Source of the DNA: Tubulanus polymorphus | Taxonomy: Eukaryota > Animalia > Nemertea | DNA length: 64,000 bases | NCBI RefSeq assembly: GCF_964204645.1 | Contig: NC_134026.1 | Coordinates: 10,501,950 to 10,565,949, forward strand | Direction of reading: 5' to 3' | Part shown: one piece after another, positions 13,476 through 26,667 of the stretch | Position numbering within the stretch: position 1 is the stretch's first letter | Layout: each line of letters begins with the position of its first letter | The notes under the pieces: generated by a model | What the model saw: the letters and a program-made list of their open reading frames with translations, nothing else | Database searches by the model: none | Told to the model about the DNA's origin: nothing | Translations under genes and position numbers: made by a program

Positions 13476-15265
13476 TCAAATTTGTTCTTTCTTTATGTTG
13501 CCAATGGAGTTTGAAAATTGACAAGGCAGCAGGCTACAAAAACAGCTTGAGAAGCCAGAGGAGTCATGTTTAGAGGCATTCATTGTGCCTGAAATAAGAC
13601 AGAATTTTTTAATTCGTTCATTATAGCGCTCAACATGAATCCTGGCCTTTGCTATTTTTCTGGTCAATAGTTCTTCCTGTGAAGTTAGTCTATCCCTACC
13701 ATTTAAAAAAGGTGGAATATTAAGGTGAACCTGTCAAGACATCAGAAGATCTTCAACATTGAAACCACGATCTGCTAGTACCAAATCCCCAGGTTCTAAA
13801 TAGTTCATGATACCACATTTTTCGAAGATTTCCCTATCACTGACTGCTCCTTCGAACAGATCTGACACAAAAACTGCAGCACCATTTGGTGCCGCAGCAA
13901 TTAAGCACTTAAAGGTGTGATGGTGTTTATAACTTGAAAATAGATTGGCCTGCCGTGCTAAATTTCTGGGCATTTCAACAAAAAATTCAGTGCAGTCTAT
14001 AGAACGTACGTTTTTGAATGACTTAAATGCTTTTGGCAAAATTTTTTTTAAAGAATTGCGATCCGGGAACATTTCACTTCTCAAACTATCAAAATTACAA
14101 TACAATAACTGAAGCCATGTCGAAAAGATACACTGCAGTGTTGTCAAGGATAAACTAAAAAAGCATTTCATCGTTTGAAAACAGTATCCCCCTTCACAAC
14201 CTGACAAGAGTTATAAACATTTCTTCACAGGCAGGGATATTTGCAGGCTTTGATTTTCTATTCCAGTACTTCAGGCTATTAACGCAAGGGCCTAAAAACT
14301 GAAACAGTGCCATGAATTGGATAAAAGTTAGTCCGGTAAAAAATTTCATTTTAGTATCATCATCTTTGACAGCATCTAAGCTCAGGAGTGATTGTTTTTC
14401 ATGAGTTGTGGTGGCTTGAAGTTGAGATTCATTGCGCAATATCATTGTCTCCACTCTTGCCTGCAGTTCATGTTTATAAAATATAGTTTGTGTGTCAACA
14501 TCCTTCTTGTCAGCTTGCAAAATAGTAACTGGATCCGTCTGTATTCCTATGTTCACCTTAAAGTAAAAAATGGATAAATATTTTCATTTCATGATTCACA
14601 CATAGTCCTATTTCCTTTTTTTATTAGTCAGATATCATAAAGATAGTTTTACCTTCTGTACTATTGTAGATTGATGACTACTGTTGCATATTGAGCTTAA
14701 ATCTAGCAATGCACTGGCAGCAAAATTTATTTCATCATCGTCATTATAAGAAGTAGCCAACCGTTTGCACTTCGGAGTGCTCTCATGTCTTGGTGTTGGA
14801 GCCTTTCGACGTCCCCGAAGGGCTTTCTCACACTGCAAAAATGAACATCATATATTTTCTTTGAAAATATCTGCAAGATGACAACTTTACTTAAGTTAAA
14901 ATCTAGAATCTAAACTAAAGAAAAAAAGTAGGCCTAATAATTGAATTGAGAATCCAATAATAATGAAAAATGACAATCCTCACCTGTTCATTCGTTGCCG
15001 TTGCTGGTATTGGATCTGGGTGTGTAGAAGTGGGCCCATTTCCACCGATAAAATGTTTACTACATATGAATGTCATCTTACTTATTTTGTTAACATTGAA
15101 TTGTTCATGCAGACGACCACAACACTTAATCCATCGTAAACACTTCTCCAGTTGGGTTTTCGGCTTAGGAAAACAAACGAAAGTAACACCTTTCATATTC
15201 TCTCTATCTGGGTACCTGCTGTCACTATTACAAGTCCCGTAACAACAGTGCTTCTTGTAAACCAT
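13476..15265 (-). pseudogene. THAP - HTH - DDE_Tnp_4 transposase of ISL2EU, frameshifted
   Basis: THAP MVYKKHCCYGTC...FPKP...W...ICSKHF; FFTGL, LVRL; IDCTEFFVEMP, YKHHHT, LADRGF, RIHVER. Confidence 0.9.
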
Positions 15266-15428
15266 ACTTGATACATGTACAACTCTTAAAATCCGCAATT
15301 TTAACAAATAAACACCACGATTTTCAGCTTAACAGTACAACTATTACTGGCGAGCTTGCCTGACTTCCGGGTTCATCCTAACCCTGACTCATTGATTGCA
15401 ACTAAAAATAGATCAGGTGCGCTGCGCT

Positions 15429-15856
15429 ATTGAAATCATCTAAATGTCACGTCTTCTGTGATAAGGTAAAATACTTAGGTCACATAGTAACCGAGTTAGG
15501 ATTATTGCCCTGTGACGATAAGATCTTATCTATCAGAGACTTTGCTGCTCCCACAGGACAAAAAGGAGCGGGCGTTCTTAGGATTGGCGAGTTTCTACCG
15601 GTCTTTTGTGAAGGATTTTGCAACCATAGCGAAGCCTTTAACCAAACTATTACAGAAAGATGTTAAGTTTGAATGGTCCGATGAGTGTCAAGTACCATTT
15701 GACACTCTTAAATCGTTCTTAGTATCCCCGCTCATACTCCGTTTTCCAGATTTTGATAAGTAATTCATATTACAAATGGATGCGTCAAACTTTGCAAGTG
15801 GAATGGTATTATCTCAAATGGGCGACGATGGGAAAGAACACCCTATAGCATATTAT
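15429..15856 (+). pseudogene. pol: Gypsy pol continuation (RT C-terminus, start of RNase H), truncated
   Basis: VKYLGHIV, FLGLASFYRSFVKDFATIAKPL, FILQMDASNFASGMVLSQ...EHPIAY. Confidence 0.9.
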
Positions 15857-15938
15857 ACAATTAAATATACATGTTATTTGTGATAGGCCTATCGTATGTG
15901 CTCAATATCTAATTTTTCTATATTTTTTTTCATTATAG

Positions 15939-16878
15939 AGAACCATTATTGTCTCCATGAACTATGTACACTATATGGCAAAGAAGAGGTTATACCGACT
16001 GATAGACATCGAAAAGAAGTTCTTTCAGCGTGATATTGAGTTTATATATGGGCATGATGTTTTGTGTGATGGTGAGGATGTACAAATATATGTGTGTAAG
16101 GCGTGTGAAGTAGCTTTGAAGCGGTGGCAGAAAAATAAAAACTATGAAGAATACAATAAAATATTAACATTGTTATGATTGATCAAGCTACAGAGTTAAG
16201 AACACAGTGTAAAAAATGCAAAGAATCATCATTTCCAGTGGATTTTGGGGTAAGTTCGTCTCTTCAGCAGCCAAACATGCTTTATTCACCAATAAGACTA
16301 CCGATGGCTTAACTGTTTCGAAAATCTCTCCAAAATCAAACTTATCGCCGTTAGTGGTTTGGAACATAACCGTGAGAGTTGACTAAACATTGCCCATTAT
16401 GACCAATATAACTGATCCGATAATTGGCCAGATTGCCAAAAACTCAGCAGTGATGACATAGAATCATTATTTACTCATCTAGTCTCATTAAATATATATC
16501 AAGGGCTGACTGGTTTTAGCGATCTGTGTAGAGATAGATTCGAGGCACCTCCGTGGTATTTAACAATCCAAGTGGTGATGTTATTGCTCGTGAAGTAAAG
16601 GACTGTGTGCGACATGTCAACTGTGATATCTTAACGAAGTTCAATGTTGTGTTACTTGTTCGATATATCGACCATCTCTAAGCAAAATGCTGAGTAGGTT
16701 AATGTGTAAGAAAGAGATTGCGAAGCCCACGTCCGGTTACCAGGAATGATTGTTTAATAAAAACATAATTTTAAAAAAATGTGCACAAATAACTCGCCTT
16801 AATATATATATATTGAAAGAAAAATTGAAATCTGTCGAAGAAAAGTGTTACGATAAGATTGAAAGAGATTGCATCCAG
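15939..16878 (+). pseudogene. Decayed N-terminal part of a P-like transposase paralogous to the 37279 gene
   Basis: QRDIEFIYGHDVLCD..IYVCKACEVALKRW, GLTGFSDLCR and CVRHVNCD align with QRDINLIWKIDVKND..YLCKSCDSKIRRW, GIAGFSDLCR and CIRHVNCD; same splice acceptor position. Confidence 0.75.
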
Positions 16879-18900
16879 TTAGGTAAACACCAGATATAGT
16901 TCGTAGAAATTGGCACTGGTTGGTTGGAATCTCTCATCGCTACGATGAATGAGCAGCAGCCTTTCTAGCTTTGCATTTGTCCTTGAGCTTGTTGATGCGT
17001 TCGGCTTCGAAGGATACGACAGCATTATGACAGTGGGTGCGCCAGAGCAATCTGTCCTGGGCAAAACGTTCCCATGTCTCAGTGTCCATACCACTGGCTT
17101 TGAGTTGACGCTTGAGTGAATCCTTGAAGCGGAGGCGTGGGCGGCCAGTGTTACGGCGGCCATCACGCAGTTGGCTGTATAGTAGGGCCTTGGGTATCCT
17201 GCTATCATCCATCCGTACAAGGTGACCGCATCAGTGGAGTTGAGCTTTCATGATATTTGCCTCGACGCCAGTACAGCCACATCTCTCAAGCACGGTTGTG
17301 TTCGGTACATAGTCCTGCCATTTTATTCCACAGATGCGCCTTAAGCAATGCATGTGGAAGCTATCAAGCTGATTAATGTGGCGCTTGTAGATTGCCCAGG
17401 TCTCGCAGCCATATAGCAGAGATGAGAGTACTGTCACTTGGATCTTGTTAGACAGTCTGATGCCATGATCATTCCAGAGTCTCTTATTGAGTCTGCCGAA
17501 TGCAGTGCTGGCTTTGGCAATGCGTAGGGCAATTTCTGCATCAAGGCTTGCATCATGACTCATAATGCTGCCTAAGTAGCAGAATTTTTCTACTGCATTC
17601 AGGGTGTGACCATCGACGGTAGTGGCTGGTGGTACATAGGGCTGCCCTGGGGCTGGCTGGAACATCGCTTCAGTCTTGGTGAGTGAGGCTTGTAGTCAGT
17701 CCAAATGCTTTTGCTGCTGCAGTGAACCTGTCGGTGATAAGCTGGATGTCTTCCGGGGTGTGAGCTGACAAAGCGCAGTCATCAGCGAACAGTAGATCAC
17801 GAATGATCATCTCGAACACCTTTCGTTTAGCAGAGAACCGACGGAGATTAAACAGCTTGCCATCGGTTCGAACTTGCAGGAAGACACCCGTGTCCAGGTC
17901 TTTAAAGGCATGGTGTAACATCAGTGAGAAGACAATCCCAAACAGGGTTGGGGCTAGAACACAGCCCTGTTTGGTACCGTTTCTTATTGGGAAGCCTTCG
18001 GAGACATTTCCCTCTGAGATGACGTGACCTTCCATGCCTTCGTGGAACGCTTGAATCATTTGAGCGAATTTTTCTGGGCAGCCAATTTTTCGAAGAAGCT
18101 TCCAGAGACCTTCTCTATTCACGGTATCGAAGGCTTTTGTCAGGTCGACGAAAACCGTGTAGAGGCATGCTTTGCTCCCGGCACTTTTCCTGCAACTGTC
18201 TCATGGAAAAAATCATGTCTGTTGTGCTGCGGCCTGAGCGAAAACCACATTGTGATTCAGGATAGACTCTCTCGGTGATGTGAAGGAGTAGTCGGTTCAG
18301 CATGACACGGGCAAGGATCTTGCCAGCGATAGAGAGCAGCGATATTCCACGATGGTTATCGCAGACTGGTCTGTTGCCTTTCCATTTGTAAAGGTGGACT
18401 ATATTGGCATCCTTCATGTCCTGTGGGAGTTCACCTTTGTTCCAGAAGATTCCAAAAAGTTTGGTTAGTATGTTTGCCACGTGCATTCCACCTGCTTTGT
18501 AGACCTCTGCAGGAATGCTGTTGGGACCTGGTGCCTTGTTGCTGGACTGCTGTTTCACGGCTTTACATACTTCATCCACTGAGGGAGGTAGGTCCAGTTC
18601 CGGAATAATAGGCAGCAGTGCAACTACGTCTAGCACATCGCTGGACATGGAGGAGTCTCGATTTAGTAGGCTGTCGAAGTGTTCCCGCCATCTCTCTAGA
18701 ACCGCAGCTTTGTCAGTCAGGAGTGTACAGCCATCCTTTGAAAGTATGGGTGCCGCGCCAGAGGATCTCGGTCCATAGACTGCTTTTAGGCCATCGTAAA
18801 AAGCTTTGGTGTTATGGGTGTCAGCTGCCTGTTGTAACTCGGCAGATTTGGCCTCCCACCATTCGTCTTCATGTCCCGCAGTTTCTGCTGCTACAGCTGA
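16879..18900 (-). mobile_element. RTE (BovB-like) LINE, 5' truncated RT with frameshifts
   Basis: RWREHFDSLLN, NHRGISLLSIAGKILAR, PESQCGFR, KQGCVLAPTLF, LLFADDCAL, YGCETW, RIPKALLY..GRPRLRFKD. Confidence 0.93.
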
Positions 18901-19190
18901 TACATTTCTTCTGTGATGCGCCGCACTAAATGAACATGACACGAAAGAACTTTGAAAAGTCTTGGTGGCATAACAAAACACGGAATCTTGAGGTATTTAC
19001 TTGGTTATATGGTTTTTTTAATCATGATTTTGTTTACCTAGCATTAAAATGCTAATACATGTGAAAATATCTAACAAAGGCGTAATTACTTTACAGGTCA
19101 ATGGTAAACAGCTCAATGGCCTGCAGATATGATGGGAACAAATTGTTAATATTATTCTGATTATTCCAAGGATTGATCGACAGGCACATC
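18901..19190 (+). pseudogene. Decayed central part of the paralogous P-like transposase
   Basis: HFFCDAPH*M...WHNKTRNLE then GT donor at 18993, matching FFCDVPHLMK...WHNKTRNLE|intron at ~39111; next exon LNGLQI*WEQI. Confidence 0.75.
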
Positions 19191-19939
19191 GAATAGAGGA
19201 ACAAAAGATGTAGCCATCCACACACATCGAATGACTAATCAGTCTTGATGGATTGTCAGTCTTATTTGAAAGGGGTAGAAGAGAGTAAAATGACTCCATA
19301 AGTCAGGGGCAGATCCAGAGGCCAATTGTAAAGGACTTGTCATATCCCAAAAAGGCACTTTGATGTCCAAAAGGGCAATATTATGTGAACGCCTGAATTG
19401 AGGTGCTAATTTTGAAGAATTTGTCAAGTCCCTAAATATGAAAGTGTTTTATGTATGTTTTGATACACAACAGAATTTTGATTAAATTCTAAAACCTTGT
19501 GTGAAGCTAAAATCTAATGCGCAATTTCATTCTGCAGGTTTAACACTCTATGGATCCTTACTCTGATTAATCTCAGCATCTTCTTGTTCTGCATATGTCA
19601 CCACTAATAAGCCTTTAATGAATTAAGTTAATGCTGCATTGTATAGTTGATACAAAAACGATGGTTTATTTATACTGCACGGTTTCACTGGCCGCACTAA
19701 GTGCAATTTGAGGTATGCAGTCAAACAATCAAAGAGAAATATCCCAAAATGATCCATGTCAGATAAGAATAAAGAAACTATGCATATTTCATTCTGGCTT
19801 TGGATTTTTATGCACGTCGTGCATCTAAATTATGATAAATGCAAGTTTGGTGTATCTCGAACTAGGGGTCCAGGGACACCATGCCCACTTGGGAGTGTTT
19901 TCAAATGCTCAACACCATGGGAGTGTGGGTCACATACTC

Positions 19940-20719
19940 CAGGTCGTCGCGTCATGAATGTTGATTTGCCATTCAGGCTGAGTGAGTGTCATTTTATTGA
20001 AAAGATAGCTGGTAGACCTGACTGTGTAGTTTGCACACTCCAAGACAACAACAAATATATTCACCGGCGACAAACACACTTTCAGTGCAAATCATGTTTG
20101 CCGCAGATTCCGTTGTGCGTAACACCGTGTTTCGAGATATATCACATCAAGGAAAATCCCAAAGCATTTTGGCGAAGAAATTATCTTGAACAACAACAAC
20201 CACAGCAGCAGTAAGGTAGGACAACCTTATACAAATTTGATATGGAAAGTTACAGGCAAGAAAAATATGAATGTTTTTGAGAACACTATGAAAGTCGCGT
20301 ACATGATGAAGACGTGCGAACAATGACCTTCTGTTGAATAAATTTTTCACCTTTAGGACTTATGGTATTTATTTCAATTATTTCTAAATATAAAACAGTT
20401 ATGAATACCTCATGTGCCTTTCTAGAAAAAAAATGAAACAAAAATTATGAATTCTAGCGAAATTCGTCAAAAAATGCGTATTTTTATTAAAAAAACAGGC
20501 TTTTTACCCCCAAAAATTTTGATAATTACTAAATGCTAATATCAAAAGAAAGCTTGAAAAGAGTACTACAAACCTACCATTTACAGTGAAACTCTAACTC
20601 TACTGGTTTATGAGTTACAAGGCTTGGTAAATAGGTACTCGTTTCCTTTGTTTTACCCAAAATTAATTCAGTCCTGCTCAGTGCATTGTTGTAAAATAAT
20701 CCAGATTCCAAAGAGTTAA
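19940..20719 (+). mobile_element. piggyBac 3' remnant (Cys-rich C-terminus and right end)
   Basis: RLSECHF..RPDCVVC...QCKSC...LCVTPCFEIYH; ends AAAGAG|TTAA at 20716-20719. Confidence 0.75.
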
Positions 20720-21570
20720 TCAAATAGATGATCTAACATTGCGCACGAATGAATCCTTTCGAAATCAAACACAAAAGGAGCATCACCATGCTGTATCGCC
20801 TTTTTTAGCTTTGGAGATTGATATGATTCACTCTTTCCCCATTGATTTTATGCATCAAATTTGTCTTGGTGTTATGAAACATTAATTAAATATTTGGAAT
20901 AGTGGTAGCAGACAAGTTAAAATGTCACTGCAGCATGTTAATAAAATTGATTACCATGTGTTTAGCTGTTGCGATTCGTATACTTGTGTCTCCACGTCTT
21001 TCTCTAGAATTAATCAATTATGCACATGATCTGCTAATACACTTCGTTAAGACATGTGTTGCTCTTTATGGTAATGAAATATTAGTAAATAATGTTCATT
21101 CTCTGTTGCATCTATGTGATGATGTTCGTATTCATGGCAATCTTGATCAGTTTAGTGTTTTTGATTTTGAAAACTATATGCAGCAACAGAAGAAAATGGT
21201 TCGATCAGCTCATTATCCGTTGTGGCAAATAGCAAAGAGACTTGGCGAGGAGTGTGAAATGAATTTAAAATTGAAGATTCCTGACCCAAAACCTTCTTGT
21301 AATGATTGCTTCCTTTTGGAAAACAGTTGCTGTAAAATTATTGACGAAAGGAAAAATGTTGAGAGATTACGCTGTAGAATTTATGAAATGTCACATCCTA
21401 TCTTTGACCAACCATTCGATTCAAGAATTGTCGGTATTATGAAGGTAGATATTCGCCGAACCCACATTCGTCTCATCGATCGCGAAGTGCTGTTCAGGAA
21501 AGCAGTTATGGTGCCAATGCCTGAAAATCGAAATTCTTGTGCTTTCTTGGGAATTTTGCATGATATCTAG
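20720..21570 (+). pseudogene. EnSpm/CACTA (CMC) transposase C-terminal remnant with internal deletion
   Basis: [15 protein letters not shown]...[15 protein letters not shown]; YG...NNVHSLLHL.DDV..HGNLD.FS.F.FENY. Confidence 0.85.
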
Positions 21571-21952
21571 TAACTAAATTAGAGATCCATTGACCATGTC
21601 CAATAAGACCAACACCGTATTACACCAAAAGCAGACTGAAGAAACAGACAAACTTAAAAGATAGACACTGGGGACCATTTCACCAAATTAGTTATTATAT
21701 TAGTCAAATGATACAAGCTACAAAATTGACAATATTTACACAGTGGTGCCACATACCAGGTACGAGAAATTCTTCTGTTCTGATTAGATAACCATAACAT
21801 TTCATGACATACTCTCATAAGTATGAAGCATAAGAAAGATTTCTAAAAAACTGACAGCTATACATGTTAAAATCTTGAATATAATCAACCTGAAATTCCT
21901 TATGTTTCTTATCTATCAATATATGATAAAATTCAAGATTCACATTTTCAGG

Positions 21953-22042
21953 ATGGATTTTTCTGTGGTACATTTCCTGGAAGATGATACAGTAGCTGTT
22001 GCATACAACCAGTGGCTTGATGAGGAAGAAACAGATGACAAG
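21953..22042 (+). pseudogene. First exon of the second gene typical of animal EnSpm elements (DUF4806-type protein N-terminus)
   Basis: MDFSVVHFLEDDTVAVAYNQWL bounded by AG/GT; position downstream of the EnSpm transposase. Confidence 0.55.
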
Positions 22043-22543
22043 GTAGGCCTATGGTTTTTTTGCGTTGCTATAAAATACAATACTTAAATGGAGAAGTTTC
22101 CAGTTTCTAGGCGCCATTTTGTGGCGGTCCCTCGAGGTCCCCATTGTTGCGATAATTTGCACTCATTTATAAAACATAAGTTTTTATTGAATATCATGTA
22201 GCTCTGCAGTCCCTTGCTTGATACAGCTCGCTCAGTGAAATTATCATCAAACTATGACTTACAGGTAAGTCTTGTTTAATTTTCCCAATTTTTGTTGAGG
22301 AATACATTCCAACGAAGTATGATGAGTAAGTACTATGTTCATTTATCAATGATCTAATTGTCTTCATACCACAATACCATTTCGCCAAGTAATTATGATT
22401 GAACTCTCTCTGAAGACCAAATTTTAAAGTTGCAAATCTTAAACATATTAACTGTCTTTCAGGATTTAGGTCAGTAAGGTAATGAATAGTCAATGTTGTT
22501 ATTGCTTAATGATGGATATCATGCACACTTCTAATTATCTAAT

Positions 22544-22705
22544 GTATGGTGGCTGATTCGCACCACGCCGACATTTTTCGACCACGAAAAATCTCAAAAC
22601 AAACTTTATAGCTAGAAAACAAATATTAACGCGAGAAAACAAATATTTCGGGCGAGAAAACAAAATAATTTGTTTTCTCGCACTAAAATTTGTTTTGGCG
22701 ACCCC
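22544..22705. repeat. Left arm of non-autonomous TIR element with 21-bp subterminal repeats
   Basis: TIR GTATGGTGGCTGATTCG; units GCGAGAAAACAAATATT... Confidence 0.8.
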
Positions 22706-23671
22706 TGCTTAGTTATTCAACTGCTTAAGGTGAGCTCATTCTCTTGATTAATGGTGAAATTATCAAATTAGATAAGGCCTTAACTATGGAACAAACAGCC
22801 TAATTTCACATATTTCATGGGCGGAAATGATGTTTAGAAAGCTAAGCCTATGCCTAAAATCGAGGCCGATAATCCCGCCTTAAATCTGTACTGATTAGTT
22901 TGCTTAAGAATAGCTGTAGACTATACATATATCGAAACATTTCCAAACAGTTAACTTGGCTTGCATGTCAAATTAAAAACTACGGCATCAACAAAATGCC
23001 GGGCGCTTGCCGGTGGGTTCCATTGTTGGAAGATTGCTTAAAAACCTTGATTCAAATCATAGTTTCTAATGAAAGTATGTAATTTTTTTGGTGCATACTT
23101 ATGACGAGAAGTAGTTTTAGCGTAATTTTGAGTAACCTAAATATGACAGTAACATCGAGGTTAATGTTCTAAGAATGAAGTCACCCATTACTTTTTTGCG
23201 ATGATACAAAATCAAACACGCCTTACTGCAGTCGATAAAGAATACAAGATATTTGATAAACAGTAGTAGCGTATCAGAAAATATATATTTAAAGGCGTGT
23301 ATTAGCAATATAGATGAAATTGTATTAGGAAAAAATTGATAATTTGAAGAGACTCAGTGATATGTAATGGATCCAAGAACATTTCCACATATAAAGGTGA
23401 ACGAAAATTAGAAATCAAAATTGAGAAAAGTTCTCCGGTTGCAGTTGATTAGATGATCGTAGAAATCCATAAACAATGGATTTTCTAGATTGTCCCATTG
23501 TAACGCATATACGATAAGCTGTATAACCACTGGCCAAGTGGACTAGTTCTACTTTGATTTCCATGTATTATCATTATTAATCATAAAAAGAATGTATCAT
23601 TCACCCTTTGTATTTTCTTTTTGAAAATTTCGAAACGATAACACAAATGAAGGCTATAGGTGTATTCAGCC

Positions 23672-25965
23672 ATGGATGAGAAAAATATTAAACGCATTCT
23701 GTCGGAACTTGCCTTGGATCAGTTCATCCCAGTCTTTCGCGATAATAAGGTAATAATACACTCCAATTAACAAGGAGAATTGAATTAAATTATGATAATT
23801 TTGCCCTTTGTAGTCTTAAAATGTTTGGTAACATTTTGTCTTTATAGATAGACATAGACGACGTTTTGACTTTAGCAGATGATGACTTTATTGCTATGGG
23901 TATTCGTGCAATAGGTGACCAAAATCGGTTACGTCAAAGATGTCGCATGGTTAGAACTCAAACGGGTGAGTCGAGAGATAGACATCATTAAACTTTAACC
24001 ATCATAAATACTCTCAGTAGTGATACAGGTAACTGAACTAATTCACCGTGTTCACTCAATGATTTAGCGACATATCTTGCAACGTTTACTGGAAACAAAC
24101 TCAAAGAACACCTACCATCAGGTGAAGAATTCTGTATTCAGTCGTACATAGATTTTCATAAGTCAAATCCTGTGAGAATATACCTCCACACATGTACCAC
24201 CAGCAGTGACGACGACGACTTGCCCACTTTAGAGCAATTGTGTGAGTTGAGTCAACAACAAGTCGCTTAGGGTGAATCCCCAGCGACAGAAAGTGTTCAA
24301 GGGCCCAGTCACCAGCACCACGTGGTTTGATAAATACACCTAGAAGACGAGCCTCTTCGTAAGTACACACTGTAGAAAGGGACCGTGAAAAAATATACTG
24401 TTCTAATTCCAGTCGTCGAATTCCGATAATTGCTTTCTTCAAGATTTGGTATTTCATTAAGCGCATTATCTATCAGCAACTAATGTGCACACAATAGAAA
24501 AAGAAATTAGATTTCGACTGGACTTTGAAATACTTTGTAGGGCCCACTTCTCACAGCGCTTGTTAAACCAACCATTCTTTAAAAATGAAATGTTTGTTCG
24601 AATTTCTTTCCAGGGCAATTGGTTCTGCAAACCAGTTACATTTAAACGATCGATCCACAGTACAAGATGCAGGGCCTCCGATCATTCCTGAATTGATATC
24701 GCCAGCTCCACGTGGCTTCATGAACACTCCTGTGCCGAGTATGGTTGACCAACCATCAACGTAAGTTTGTAGTTATCTTTCTGTTATTTTTCATTAACTC
24801 CAATTGTGCAATACAGTCGAACCTACATATTCCGAATCTGCTTAATCTGGATTTTGGTCCAATCCCGACAATATTTGCAGTTCATTTTTTCATTAATATA
24901 CAAGAAAATTACTTTTAATCCGGATTTCCCGTAAACCGGATTTGTTGGTCCCAAATAATCCGAATTAAGTGGGTTCTACTGTATTTATTACTGTGGACTC
25001 TATAAAAATCACAGCCCACAAGGGTTGTCCATAGCTGTAGGTGTTATATATTGTGAAGTCTATAGCTATTATTGTATTGCGTGTGTAAGTTCCTGTTATG
25101 GCTTAACATATTTCATTCCAGGATCGAAATTGAATGCGAAACCCCCACCATATCTTTCAACAGAAGAAATGAGACCTTCCAGTCAGTCGAGGATATAGTG
25201 GGAGTCCTTAAAATGTCCATCGATGAAGATGGGCGAAAGAACATAATAAATGTCAATCGAGATGAAGTTTGGCAGGGAGCACAGCGAGGATTCAATCGGG
25301 ATTGTTTCAATGAAAAAAGCCCACTGTCCGTGAAATTTATATCTGAAAGTGGCATTGATACTGGTGGTTTATCCGGAGAAATGGTACGACTTCTATTCTG
25401 AGAAATTCAGAATATGAACGACATTTTTACCGGACAACAAGATAAAAGATTTGTACAGTTGAATTTTACAGGTATACCACATCATGGCTAAAGTTATTAA
25501 GTTATCATGAACCCTTGACACATCAGGGGCATATGTGTCAGGGATATTGGGCATGAAATAAGAAAATCCTTTTCAGCTGGTGAGACCGGTGAGAACCAGA
25601 GTATTCACACTTACGTATATTGGAACCTACACGCATGTTTGCTAACCACGCACAATTGCAAACTTGTAGATGATGGCGTATTCTAGAAATAATATTCAGC
25701 AATATATGTCCCTATACTAGCACTGGTTTGAGTTTGAGTCAACTATAAACATGGCTAAACTTCAAAACACATTTTTATTTCAGCTCTTGCAGATGGAAAA
25801 TACAAGACAGTGGGACAGATTCTGGCATACTCCATCATCCATTTCGGAATAAAGCCAACATTTTTTCACGAATTGATGTTTGATGCAATTTGTGGGAAAA
25901 AAATCGAAATTGATCTTCAAGAAATTGATCTTCTACCAAACAGTGCGAAAGCTATCGTCGAGAAG
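23672..25965 (+). pseudogene. Spliced SAM-domain ... G2E3-like HECT ubiquitin-ligase gene, with stops, 3' truncated
   Basis: Exons 23672-23749 + 23848-23965 = SAM (ILSELALDQFIPVFRDNKIDIDDVLTLADDDFIAMGIRAIGDQNRL); exons 25122-25471 + 25784-25965 = HECT N-lobe (INVNRDEVW...SVKFISESGIDTGGL, YKTVGQILAYSIIHFG). Confidence 0.72.
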
Positions 25966-25993
25966 GTACTAATTTGATTTGTGTAATGCAACA

Positions 25994-26260
25994 GTTTTTA
26001 GCCGACTTGGGATTTTAGTCCCTGTGGGCTATTGCATTCACTTTTCGTCCGTCCGTTCGTCCGTAGACAGAATCCAGTTATTGTGGGTGGTTTGGAAGAT
26101 GCTTCAATGGATTGTTATGATAATTGGTTTATACATGTATCTACCTTAGACACATATGCAGCTTAAAAATTGGCCTGATAAGATTCACCAAAATCAGCAT
26201 TCTTACACATTAATGATGCTTACAAGGGAAATTTTGAAGACGCTTCAATCAATTATCTTG
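25994..26260 (+). mobile_element. Helentron-associated non-autonomous element (DINE-1/HINE-like), 5' part
   Basis: TTTTAGCC..GGGCTATTGC hairpin followed by (GTCC)n microsatellite; reverse-strand homologues at ~53000-53266 and ~63720-64000. Confidence 0.7.
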
Positions 26261-26667
26261 GTGTTTCACATATAAAATGGTCGATGTGCACATGTTTTCT
26301 GGGGAAAGTATTTACAGGTTATGACTTGTTATTGTTAGCAGCACTCTCATAGCACACATCTCACGTAGAATTGGGTTTATTCATTTTTATGTCGTTGCGA
26401 AGTTTAATTTTCCCATTTATATTGGTATATATGCATATTATGTGAGTTTCAGAGTCACTTCTTTCTGTATATGTTCACTAGGGTGCGGGCGTTGGATATC
26501 TAATCTATCAATCTGTCACATAGTCAAGCGATTCACCAAACTGAACATGATGTCCCTGGACCCTAGTTTGATTGTGTATCCATCCTCATGATATTCTCAT
26601 AGACCATTCAAAATATCAATTGGCAGTCAGATGTTCAACTGAACTGACCTTGTATTGTAACGACATA

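Larger units (their letters stand above)
11139..15428. mobile_element. Complete ISL2EU-type (PIF/Harbinger-related) DNA transposon inserted in Gypsy RT
   Basis: 14-bp TIR AGCACAGCGCACCT / AGGTGCGCTGCGCT (1 mismatch); AT TSD 11137-11138 and 15429-15430; removal restores RT frame ...RQANLKLKSSKC; two convergent genes (YqaJ and THAP-DDE). Confidence 0.9.
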
